Made by a program: the position numbers and the translations under genes. The notes beneath the pieces were generated by a model, which had not been told where the DNA came from, ran no database searches, and saw only the letters and a program-made list of their open reading frames with translations. Shown here one piece after another: positions 1 to 11,081 of a stretch of DNA of 64,000 nt. The DNA is taken from NCBI GenBank assembly GCA_050575255.1, contig JBNZDD010013702.1, forward strand, positions 93,696-157,695, given 5' to 3'. Source of the stretch: Harriotta raleighana (taxonomy: Eukaryota). Positions within the stretch are counted from its first letter, which is position 1; each line of letters opens with the position of its first letter.

Positions 1-797
1 AAAACCTTACAATAGGCTTCTGGATTTATGCAGTGCGTGTCTGCACAGCGGCATGGGTAAGCCTTATTTATGCAAGTTCGTGTTCAGTTACATTAAGTGG
101 GTCTGCACTGGCGGCCATGGAGCCAAGATGGAGGGTGGAGTCAAGGGAGGGAGAGAGACTGATAAACAGTGGGAGATCATCGGTGTGAGGGGCGAGTGGA
201 ATTGTTGCTCTGAGACCTGTGCGGAGCTCGCAATATAAGTGCGAGTTGTTGTTGTTTAGTTTGGTCTGTCTGGTTTAGGTCACCAGTGTTTATCAGGACC
301 AGGCAAGGCCGATCACTTCTACTCTTGTGGGATGTGATCTTTTCAAGCGGGAAAGCAGCAATTTCTCATTAACACCTCACAGCCAGCCAGCAGTTGATGC
401 TTGCAACTGAAGCACTTAGAGCACTTGGTATAACCCTCCCAGTCATTCAGCCGGCGTTATATTACCTCCACAATTTTTTCCCATACATTGATGATCCTTT
501 TGTTTGAGATATATATATATGTCTCCTAAAAACAGCAAAGACTCAAAGAGCTTCACAGGTGATGTGTCGTTGTGAAACGTGGTTGTCTGTCTGGGGCCAG
601 AAAGGTCTACTGGTATTCTTGGTCTGGCTGCAAAATCCATAACCTCTCATGAAGTTCCTGCAGAGGCAGTGTCACACAAGGCAAGGCATCCTTCCTCTGT
701 TTTGGTCATATATTATTTCATGCGCTTGATACTGTAGCATCTCTCAAGTTGGAAGAAAGTTACAAAGCGCCTAAGAGGGTGTACCGTAAAATATGTA

Positions 798-1332
798 CAG
801 TAAAAGCCCGTTTATCCGTGACTCAATGAGCCGGAAAACCCGTTGAACTGGCACCTCAAAAAAAGTCCCGATTCAATAAACCGGAAGTTATCTGGCAGAA
901 TAGCGATGACGCATTTAATTCATCAATTGTCGCAAGCGAGTACTGTGCAGTTATTTTGGCTGGCCGCTAGTCAGCCTAAAGTTGCGCTACTGCCGTTTTT
1001 TAAAATAGTCGCGCTGCCGTTTTGTTTTCCTCAAGTGGCCGCCATTGCAGAAGTTAAGTATAAATAATAAAGTACTGATACAATATTCTGTTATTATAGT
1101 ATCTGTTATTAGTGTATTTTGTCTATTATTTATGTAGTATTGTACAACATTTACAATAAAGTAGCCATACAATATTATTATCTGTTATTATTTACTCTAT
1201 TATTAATATGGTATGTGTTAAAATAACTAAGACAATTTTTTTTTAATGTTTTTTTTTAAATCGTTCAACCGGAAAGCTGTTTAACCGGCACTAGCCAGGT
1301 CCCTTGGATGCCGGATAAACAGACTTTTTCTG
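798..1332. mobile_element. Non-autonomous Tc1/mariner-superfamily (pogo/Tigger-like) MITE
   Basis: Imperfect TIRs CAGTAAAAGCCCGTTTATCCG and (reverse complement) CAGAAAAAGTCTGTTTATCCG. TA on the left, TG (decayed TA) on the right. Subterminal CCGGAA repeats and an AT-rich core. Confidence 0.8.
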
Positions 1333-1645
1333 TGTCTTGTTGGTGAATGAGGGCAGCAATTTCCCACAAACAACTGTGAAGTGAATGATCAATTTTATCT
1401 GGGGCACTGTTGGCCAAAACACTGAGAGAAACTCCATTCTCTTTTCGAATTGTTCCATGGGATTTCTAATGTCCAGCTGAACAGTTTTAACGTGCAAATC
1501 CCAAAGACAGCACTTCCCACAATCCAGGGCAACCCCAGCAATACATTGGAGTGTCAGCCTAGACTATAAACTCCAAATTGTTTCGTGGGATTAGAACCTA
1601 CAACCTTCTGACTCTGAAATTGAACTTGAGCGAGCCAAACTGACG
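1333..1645 (-). mobile_element. Older Deu-domain SINE (SacSINE1/LmeSINE1-like), interrupted by the MITE; 3' tail remnant at about 710-797
   Basis: Reverse complement contains cagagtcagaaggttgtaggttct (tRNA-like head), ggctgacactcca, ttaaaactgtt, aaatcccatggaac, ggccaaca; same layout as 46866-47300. Confidence 0.7.
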
Positions 1646-1759
1646 TGAAGTCAACTGCGTGAATGTTATAGAGATTCCATGACATGATTTGGAAACAGCA
1701 ACAATTGACACTTATACATGTCGGAAGAACATTTCAGCCCTTTACAAAGACTGAGCAGG

Positions 1760-2400
1760 CTCCTGAGCTGGGGAGGGGAGAGTTGGCTTTAAATGCAATG
1801 AAAAGGATAGAGCTTTAGGTGGATAGGAAAGCAAAGGATGGAGGAGGAAAGGGATTTTGGAAGAGAGTTCCAGATGATGGATCCAAAGGAGCTCCTTGGC
1901 GGGCATCACCGGGGGAGGTGGATGAATCAGTTCTGAGTTAATGGAGGGAGTGATCGGAGGACAAGGGCAATAGGAGCTCACAGAGATAGGATGGTGCAAG
2001 GTCGTGGAGGCATTTTAACTGGGGACAAGGATCTTTTGAGGGATGAGGAGCCAGTGAAGCTGGGTGAGAATGGGATAATAATCCTTGCATTTGATATAGT
2101 GCTTTTCACATCTTATCGACATCCCAAAGCGCTTCACAGAATATACTGTAAAGTGAATTGACTGTATATTTGTGGGTGGAATGGATCACAGAGCCTGGTG
2201 CAGGAGAGGATCTGGGTTGCAGAGATCTCAATGGTCTGACGTTTATGTGGGGGGCGTGGAGGAAGCAGGCGAGTTGGCAAAGTCAGATCAGGGAGGTGAG
2301 TTGCGGTGAGGTAGTAGTGGAATCGGGATTTGGAGGAAATTTGTCCGAGCCCATAGAAAAAGTTTGGAAAAGTGAGGGTCAATCACAACAACTTGCCTTT
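1760..2400 (-). mobile_element. Degenerate L2 LINE 3' fragment with a nested SINE 3' half at about 2077-2180
   Basis: Minus strand has cttcactggctcc (LHWL) and ctctcctgcaccaggc (LSCTRL), matching the L2 at 11690; SINE tail tccttgcatttgatatagtgcttttcacatc lies in the middle. Confidence 0.7.
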
Positions 2401-3682
2401 ACTAGTACCCCTCACACAGGGTAGTGTCTCAAGAGTCTATGAGTTGCAGTGAGCATCAGTGGAGGTTAATAACTTTGATGCTTGAGGAAAGAAAAATAAG
2501 TTTCTCCTATGTGCATGGTTGGGTTTGTGTGCGTGTGTGTTGTGTGTGTGTGTGTCCATGCCACTATGAGATACTGCTGGAGACTGACTCCTGTGACTGT
2601 CCCTGTCTGAGAGATGGGAGCTGGGGGGTGAGGATGAGTGGAACCCAGAAACGTTTCTCACTGCCTCCCCCTGTACATCACCTGTCACAGTATCAGTAAG
2701 GGTAGCCAACGCAAGATGTAGTCTCCTCAAGCCTCTCGATCTCAATGATACAATTGCCAATCTTACAGGGAATTAGGTCCTTAAATTTCAAATTAAGGGC
2801 CTGAAGCTTAGGAAAACAAACCGATGAATATTAAGGATCCTGGGTCTGGATCTCTGCCAGCGCTGCTTGTTTTGGCTGGGCTGATCATCAGAGAACTGCA
2901 GCTGTATAACTCGCGCTCTCGCTCTCTCCTCCCTCCCTCCCTCCCTCCCTGATCCTATTTCAAAGAGCACATTGTTCAGAGCTGAGAGTGAGATGCAACG
3001 GGCTCACTACTGTATCTGTCCCCACTCCTGACCCAGGTGGGAGTGCGGGAGACAACAACAAAAGATTGCTGTTCGACCAGATCGATAACTTTAGTTATTC
3101 GCTTCACGGCTATGTGTGGGGACATAGCTTGCAACTTGCGGCTTTGTCTACAAAATGCACGGTCCCTACACTTCACACTAATATCCTGTGAAGCACTATG
3201 AGACATCTCGGGAGCGTGGTTAGATGCTATATCAAATACAAGAGTTGGGGTGATGGCCATTCGACCCATTGTGTTGTGCCAACTCTTTTAAAGAGGAATC
3301 CTTTTAAGTCCGATTTTCATCCCTTCTACTACCACACCCCTGTAAGCTTACTCCTTTTTAGATATCTATCTGGTTTCTGAAAGCTAATACTGATTCTGAT
3401 TTGAACACTGAAGATTGACATTTGAGCAGTTTTCTCACTGACCAAAACTACTCAAACTTGAGTGACCAAAAGTATTATTATTTTTAAAGTGATTATTACC
3501 TCTGGAAAGTGAACTGCCCTCCAATCGACTTAACAACCAGGATCCTACTTACCGCTAGAGGTGTGTGGAGTAAGGAAACATGCCCAAGGTTTAACCCTGC
3601 CTGGAAAGCGAACCTGGGTCCTCTTGTTTGCGAGGCAAGTGCTCTAACCAATATACTACAAAGTTTGCTATGAGTGTACATT

Positions 3683-3860
3683 CATAGAATTGTATAGCCC
3701 AAAAGGAGGCCATTTGGCTCATCGTGTCTGTGCCGGCTCTTTAAAAAGAGCTATTTAAAGTCAATCCCACTCCCCGGCTCTCTCTCTCTCTCTCCCCATA
3801 AACCCGCAAAACTTGTCTGCCCCAAATAACCACCCTCCTTTCTTTTAAAAGTTTTTAAGA
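3683..3860 (-). mobile_element. CR1 LINE 3' end
   Basis: catagaattgtatagcccaaaaggaggccatttggc is the reverse complement of a CR1 3' UTR ending in attctatg; sister copies at 5232-5350 (-) and 24715-24893 (+). Confidence 0.7.
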
Positions 3861-4392
3861 TTCCCAGAATTGTGGAACTTTGCAATGGAGCAATGCCGGT
3901 TGTGATATCAGTTTACCGACTTGAACACAGGAGAGTCGCGATATCCCACAGACTTTCAGCTCCAGCCAAGCAAACATACAGAGTAATAGTGGGAAATAAA
4001 AATGCATAAAATTAAATTCCAGGGAAGCCAGAAGAATTTCGGCACTCAACATGAGATTTAAAAGCCAGCCGTCCACTTACAATGAAAGATGGTCCCATTA
4101 AATTAAATTTTACAGTGTGTAGGGATTGTATATTGTGTCATCCCAATATGAAATATAAAAGAAGCCTCAACATAATGACACATAATTGAGTGTGAGCAGT
4201 CAGTGAGGTTGCCGTTCTTCAGGAATCCATCTGAAGGAAGGGATGCTGAATGCTGAGTACAGTGTCTGTACAGAGCAGATTCTGTGTATGTGTAGAAAGT
4301 TTAGCGTGTGTGTGTGTGGTACCTGAGTAGTAGCTATGATCTCTGGTTGCCTGTGCCTTGCTGTATGCTACCTTATGCTATTGTAGTGGTGT

Positions 4393-4745
4393 TGTCCTTC
4401 ATAGCCTTGCTCCTTCCTACCTCTGTGAGCCGCTAGCTCCATACCGACCTGTCCGCTCTCTCTGCTCAGCGGACTCTGGCCTGTTCCATGTCCCCCAGCC
4501 CCGCTCCGACCGACCGCCTAACCATCGGTGGCTGGATCGTCAGCGTCTCACCGCACCTTTTGGAATCCCAGCTCGCAGCCCCTCACCTCACCCCTCCCCT
4601 GCCTGCTTCAAGTGGTGTCTCAAGACCATCCCCTTCAACCGTGCCTTTGATCGCCCTCCCTGATCCCAAATGCCAGCTTGGATGAAAATCTTTGACTGTC
4701 CAGTGCTTGGGGCGATTTTCCTGATGTAATTTGTTGTTGTTGTTC
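4393..4745 (+). mobile_element. L2 LINE 3' fragment
   Basis: Encodes LHSLAPSYLCEPLAPYRPVRSLCSADSGL (L2 ORF2 C-terminus) and ends in tgtaatttgttgttgttgtt. Confidence 0.85.
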
Positions 4746-5231
4746 CGTTAATTGCCACCCGTACTATGACTGTTGTACACTCGTTGGTCACTGTTGCTGA
4801 GTATCTGTACTGGTGTAAAATTCACCTTTTGAGATACAAGACTCCGCTGGTTTGTTGGTTGTCCTGTAACCAGTCCTAAACTGCGGCACTGTATATTACA
4901 GCAAATGCCAGTTGGGTTGGAGTGAGTTACGAGCTGTGACAGAATGCGAGGCTTCATATGACATCCAAGGTCAAGTTAACCCTTGCGGCTTATCCAATGC
5001 CTGAATCACTTGATTGTGTTAGTTACGTAAGATAGACTGGGTCAGGGCTGAGATGCTGCAACGCCCAACAGTGCCTTCTTTGACGTGGGAACAGACCATC
5101 TCATCGAAAGAATTTGCTGCTCACGGTTACAATCGGCTCGCCGCTGAAACAGAGAAGTTCATGAGAAAGTGAAGGGATGAAAGGAGTTGGTGCGAACCGT
5201 CTAACTGATGGCATCAGCAGAGCAATGAGAT

Positions 5232-5350
5232 AGAATCATAGAATTTTTCAGCACAAAAGGAGACCATTCGACCCATCGAGTCTATGCTGGCAATTTGAAA
5301 ACAGCTATTTCAAAGTATTTCCCACTCCCCGGCTCTCTCCCAATAACCCC
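5232..5350 (-). mobile_element. CR1 LINE 3' end
   Basis: agaatcatagaatt is the reverse complement of the ATTCTATG-type terminal repeat, followed by the CR1 3' UTR. Confidence 0.7.
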
Positions 5351-6282
5351 TCAAACCTCTCTTGATCCGGACTCCACTTTGCCACCCACCTATAAACACT
5401 GATATTTATACAGCGCCCTTCACAGGGGCGGAGCACAGCGCCAAGCTGTGAGGTAATCATAATGATAATCCTTGCATTTTGATAGAGCTTTTCACATCTT
5501 CCGGACGTCTCAAAGCGCTTCACAAAATATACTGTACTGTAGCTGCAGAGTTAGTAAACCCTGTTTTCTTGCTCTAATGAGTGAAGTGCAAAGGTGTGGC
5601 GCGATTGCAATGGGGGCGGGACACATGCAGTGGAGCGGTGCAGTTGCAATGAAGTATTTGCTCTCACCAGCTCCGATAGATATGCAGGCACCTCACTTTG
5701 TTTCTTTTGACGACTCAACCCGATGAGACTCAGTTTTAAGCACTCAGTCACAGGAAGAGAATGCCAGCCTCCAGAATGTGCCAATACGATTCACCTTGTC
5801 TCAAGATTGAACATAGCGAAGCGTATCCGAGTTTCAGCCCCTGATTTACCTCTGTGGTTGCTGGAATAGGCGCACAGTTTTGTAACAGTGATACTTGACT
5901 GTCTATGTGTGTAACAGTGTGATTTGACACTGGATGAAATTTACGAGGCATTTACGGATTGTGTTGGACTGGTGATAAATCATTTCCCCGTTGCTAATTA
6001 ATTCCTGGACGTCATCCTAAATGGTGCACTGTAATCTCATCCTTAGTAAATTCATGGATGGTTGGATTGCAGTTCGTGTCTTGGCCGTGGTCTAGAGAGG
6101 CTGATGGTAATGTGGCGCAGAGTGCAGCTCTGTTGCTCACAGCACCTCTTGGGAGAAATTCCTGGTGTTTGCCATCCATCCAGGAACAACATAGGAGGAG
6201 GCCATTTGGCCCATCGAGCCTGTTCCACCTGTTTATTAGATCTTGGCAGATCGTTTAATCGCAATATCCTGCTCCTGGGATT

Positions 6283-6660
6283 CCTGTAGAGTAGCAGCTA
6301 GCACGCTCGCCTCACAAGTCATTTCTGCTTGTGAGGAATTTGATTCCCAGCAGGACAAAACGTTAGGAATTTTTCCTAACTCCATATGCATTGCATTAAG
6401 TTGAAATCCGGTTGTTAGTTGATTGGCAGATCAGTTTCTGGGGGCAATAATCTTTAATCCCTCCGAAAAATAATTGATTTGAAAAAAATGTGGTCACTCA
6501 ATTCACGTCTGTTTATGGGACGTGGCTGCGCACAATTGGCTGCTGCGTTTCGCCCACAAAATACACAGCCGATCCATTTTAAACTATATTCTGTGAAGAG
6601 CTCTGAAACATCTCAGTGACGTGATACAATGTTAAATCAAAAGCTTTATTATCAATACTA
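6283..6660 (+). mobile_element. tRNA-headed Deu-domain SINE (younger family), degenerate
   Basis: Decayed A/B-box head, then gctgcgcacaattggctgctgcgtttcgcccacaaaatacacag core. Confidence 0.7.
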
Positions 6661-7438
6661 TCATTTCCATCAACTCCACTAGACTCAGCCATTAGGTATC
6701 TGAACCCTCCTGATGGCACATGACGGTTCGCTTGTTGGCTTGCATGTTGGCTGGGTTCTTTGTCTCTCTCTCTCTCTCTGCTCCCAAGCTCCCATTGTAT
6801 TGTGGAGTGGTTCCTCCTTGCGCCTCTTAACTACTGGGGAAAGCCCGTTGCATGAAGATATTTTTGATCGAGTCCCGAGTCTTCGAGACACTTCATTTTT
6901 AATTCAAAACATTCGTAGCTAATGACCAGAGAGTCACAGTCCTAAAATTCATGAATCCCTTTAGATATAAAAATGTCTCCTTTTTAATGAGAACAAGGTA
7001 TTTACGGGCTGTTCTGGACGAGTGATAAATCATTTCCTGACCCCCCACCCCCATCACACACGCACACGCACACACAACCCTCCCAGGAGCACTGATCTCT
7101 GAGGATACTCATACTTTCTGTCATATAACAGCTGCAGTAGTGGTTGCTGCAAAGCTACAAGCTGACTTGAGTTTTGTGGAGTGCAATCAGAACTGTGCCA
7201 GAGGGAGCCCCTCATCATGACAATAGTCCATGCGTAAGCCATTTGGCCCGTCCTGTTTCATTGTTGGAAAAGAGAGAATAGTGTCTTCAGCTGCTCTCCA
7301 GAGGAAAAAAAACAACATAGCTGTAGCCACACCAGAGAGTTGTAACAATTTTGCAAAAATCCATGCAAAATCCCCAGCGCCTTGGGATGGCCCCCCGACG
7401 TGAAAGGCACGAAACAAATGTAATTTGTTCTTGTTGTA

Positions 7439-8117
7439 CAGGCAGTCCTCACGTTACGTCAGGGTTAGGTTCCTAAGATGTGGTGTAAGTCGAATTTGTA
7501 TGTAAGTTGAGTCACCCCCCTATAATGCTTACAGTAACATACAGTGATTGGTTATAGTGTATAGTGAGCTGCCCTCTCTCCCCTGCACCCCTCCTAATAT
7601 GTACAGTACTGTAAATAAAATAAAATATTATTATACTTACATGGCTTCATTGTGAGTCTGGCACGCGATGTAGCGCAACACAGGAGATCACACGCGTCGT
7701 AGCGCAACACAGGAGATCACACGCGATGTAGCGCAACACAGGAGATCACACGCGTCGTAGCGCAACACAGGAGATCACACGCGACTTAGCGCAACACAGG
7801 AGATCACACGCGATGTAGCGCACAGTCTAAAGGCTCAAGAGTACTGTACCGCCGAGCTCACACTCACACAGTACCTGTACAGTACACACTCGCGTCTCGC
7901 CTCCATCCTGTTCCTGTCCTGAACGCGTATCGTGGTCCCGTAAGTGTTGAGAGCGGTGACTCCAGTTTTCTATCGCGCGTGGGGCAACTAAAGTATTTAC
8001 ATAGTAGTATACGTAACTTCGAGACTTTGGATGTAACTCGGACGTAATCTTACTGATATTAAGCTTCGTAACTTCGAATTGTCGTACCTCGGAACGTCGT
8101 AACTAGAGGACTGCCTG
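7439..8117. mobile_element. Non-autonomous pogo/Tigger-like MITE with TA target-site duplication
   Basis: TA|CAGGCAGTCCTCACGTTACG ... CGTAACTAGAGGACTGCCTG|TA. The 12-bp TIR is perfect and extends imperfectly to about 20 bp; subterminal GTAACT/GTAAGT repeats. Confidence 0.9.
7662..7822. repeat. 29-bp minisatellite, about 5.5 copies, inside the MITE
   Basis: Unit CACGCG[ATG/TCG/ACT]TAGCGCAACACAGGAGATCA starting at 7662, 7691, 7720, 7749, 7778, partial at 7807. Confidence 0.97.
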
Positions 8118-8201
8118 TATTTGGAAGATTTTTATCCCTCGTCTTGAATATCTATCCATCAGCACTTGTGTGTCAGATTGATTTATATACATATGATTCG
8201 T

Positions 8202-8435
8202 GGAGTCCTGCAGCTCAGTGGTTAGAGCACTCGCCTTACAATTGTGTTCGAATCCAGGCAGGTCAGGGTGAAATCCAGGGCAAGTTTCCTTACTCCACAC
8301 ACACCTAATAATTATCCGTCAAACAAAACAATAATAAAATTGGTCATTTCAGTCCACAGCTGTTTGTGGGGACACTAGAAGATGTCTCGAAGACATGAAA
8401 AGTACTATATCAAATGCAAGGATTGTTATTATTAT
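8202..8435 (+). mobile_element. tRNA-headed SINE (younger family), internally deleted
   Basis: A box agctcagtgg, B box gttcgaatcc, body gggcaagtttccttactccac, tail tatcaaatgcaaggattgttattatt. Confidence 0.88.
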
Positions 8436-8698
8436 ATACAGGGCGAAGCTTTCTCTCTCTGAGTATCACCTCACGTCCATAGCGGTGACTGAAAAGCAGC
8501 ACAAATCTTTCCTTGGCTGCGCTTGTGTGCGGTGTTCACATACCTCTTCATCCTTAAACCAGCACATTCATCAGATGCCGTCTCACATGTGGGGAGGGGA
8601 AGGAAGCCAGAAACCAACAGGGAGTTTTATACTTGACAAGTTAAGAGCTCACTTTTTTTTTACAGCTGAATATTTTCCCAGTGTGTGACCTTACAAAT

Positions 8699-8866
8699 AC
8701 TCCCAGGTCAGGCACGGCATGGGTTACATACAGAGTAAAGCTCCCTCGACACTGCGCTCATGAACTGCTCCCTGGTTAAGTGCAGTGTTTAGAGCGAAAC
8801 ATTTCTCTGCAAAGCCCATTGAGATACTGTACTCATTGGCATGGGTTTTATGTGGAGTAATCTCTA
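8699..8866 (+). repeat. Degenerate tandem repeat of about 65 bp, about 3 units, resembling a repeat I recall from chondrichthyan genomes
   Basis: actcccaggtcaggcacggcatgggttacatacagagtaaagctccctcgacactg followed by two decayed units (ggcatgggtt..gagtaa recurs at 8838-8860); family assignment from memory. Confidence 0.5.
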
Positions 8867-9032
8867 GCCCGTCTCCTCAATCTGGTGTTTGAAGGGAAGC
8901 CAGCCAGGGTTGAATAGTGTGTGTAGGTGAATATTCTACATGTTTGAAGCTATGAATGAATGAAACACCCAGTTTATTCAGAGACTTAAATCCAGGAATT
9001 AATTGATATCAAGTTAATAAAAAATAACACTC

Positions 9033-9318
9033 ATAATCCTTCTCATTTGACGTCTTTTAGACATCTCAAAGTGCTTCACACAGTATACTGTAAAGTGAAG
9101 TGACTGTATTTTTGTGGGCAAAACGCGGCAGCCAATTGCTCACAGCAGTGTCCAACAAACAGTCATGGATTGAACTGACCAATTGTATTACTGTTTTTTT
9201 TCTTAAGGAATTAATATTAGCAGTAAGGAAACTTCCCCAAAGTGTTGTCCTACTGGGAGTCGAACTCGGGCTTCTCGCTTGCAACCCGAGTGCTCTAACC
9301 ACTGAGCTACGTGACAAC
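9033..9318 (-). mobile_element. tRNA-headed Deu-domain SINE (younger family), near full length
   Basis: Reverse complement: tagctcagtggttagagcactcg...gttcgactcc head, Deu core and tail. Confidence 0.88.
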
Positions 9319-10910
9319 ACAACCAAAATAGTAATTGGATACCTGTTAATGGAATACATATACACAGCCCTGCAAGGTCAGGTATTTCATCACATTGGGT
9401 AGACACAATGCTTATTACTTTATCAAACTCACTAAGACTTAAAAGATAAAGAAATAGTTCAGAATAAAACAATAACAGATAAAATTCAAGTTTAGGTCCC
9501 CAAACAACAACAACAAATTGCATTTACAGAACTTTTTTATGTTTATCGCATTATTGAAAGGTCTCAAAGCGCTTCACACATGGGGTAGGATGGGGTAAGT
9601 TATGGAGGGCTTCGAAAGTGAGGAGAAGGATCTTGAACGCAATGCTCTGGGGGACGGGGAGAGCCAGTGTAAACCTCATAATGATACACAGTGATTGTGG
9701 AAACCACCAGAGAGATTATTCTTGGTGAGAGAAAAAAACTCATGTGCCAATTTGCCTCAGTTGCATCTGCTGCAGATTATCAGGGACTTTGAGCTCACAG
9801 TCTAGGCCGGCATGTTACAGTGGTAAGGTGTTACGGGGGATGGGATAGAGGACAGGGAACATTGCATTACTAGTGATGCTGTCCTTCGGGTGAGATGTTA
9901 AAACACATCCGTCTAGCTGGACACTCAAATATCAAATCGCATCATTGGAAAAGAGAAGGGAGTTCCTCGCAGTGTCCTGGCCAACAATCCTCCAGTCTAA
10001 TTGGTCTGTCAGCTCATTGCTGTGAGTGGGACCTCGTTGGCATAAATGGTTGTCGTGTTTGGCTTCAAAAACAGGGCCGGAATTTGACAGTAATTACTTG
10101 TGAAGCATTTTGAGCTGTTCCAATGTGACGGGCCACTACAAAAAATGCCAGTTCCTTTTTTTTCTTGTATTTGCAAGTGACGTCTTGAACTCTTCTCCTG
10201 ATTGAAGCAGATCACGGTCTGGCAGCGGGTGGGGTGGTGGTGGGAGGGGGGTGGTGGTGTGTGTGGGAAACGAGCTGTCACAGTGAGAGATTTGCGTGAG
10301 AGGGAGGGGGAGTTTCATGCGCGACTCTTGACTGGGTGATAGATATATGGAGGTGAACCAGTCAGCAAGAAAGTGCCACACAGAACTCTCAGTTCCCCCC
10401 ATCAGGAAATCACTTTCTCCCCCCTCCCCTGTACCCCCTCACTAAGAGATCCCTGATCTCTGTGCCGTATACCAGTCGCAGTGAGGTGCTTAGCGAGAGC
10501 GATCATGTCAGCTCTCCTTTGCTCTTTGTTTAATTTCAACCTTATGGGAAGGGGAGCTCAGAGGAATGTGGCCTTTCAGGGGACGGCTCAAGTGACAGTT
10601 CTCTAAAAGCCGTCTGCCTGCTCTGTCACTGCCAAGCAGTGAAAGCACCTTTTGTCTGCGTTAGTGGATGGCATTGTCGCGCTTTGCATGTTTACGGGAT
10701 AATTAGTGGGGACAATTGCCCTTTCACAGGCTGCTGTTGCGGTGAAGTGAAGTGTTAAGGAATCCGAACCGACGCATACTGTCACAGCAAGTGGGATGGG
10801 GGGACCGAGAGTAACAGTTACCTCGGGTGAATAAATTAGCAGCGGCCTTTTGTTTCCTTGGAGATTAGGGGCCTCCCTCTTTTTGTTCACTGCCCCTTTT
10901 GTCTCCTCAG

Positions 10911-11081
10911 CTCCGAGAAGAAGCCTGGCGAGGATTTGCTTCGCTGACTGACCCGCACGAAGGAGTCCTGGTTCTGCTGGAGGGCTGCCATGACTGGAGA
11001 AAGGGAAAGGCTCAGTCCCTGGGGTATTACATCATCAGCGAGTTTGACAGATGGATAAAAGAGCACCCTCCCATTCAGCAG
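10911..11081 (+). CDS. EXD3: EXD3 coding exon (171 nt, phase 0/0)
   Basis: Acceptor tctcctcag|, translation [57 protein letters not shown], donor |gtcggg. Confidence 0.93.

Noticed and set aside
1-61. ATGG|GTAAG donor as the first coding exon of EXD3
   Set aside because: It is a plausible phase-1 donor, but the translation has no convincing EXD3 similarity and I found no bridging phase 1/0 exon before 10911.
7662-7822. CRISPR-like array of about 29-bp repeats
   Set aside because: Units are contiguous with no unique spacers, there are no cas genes and the context is vertebrate. It is a minisatellite inside a MITE.
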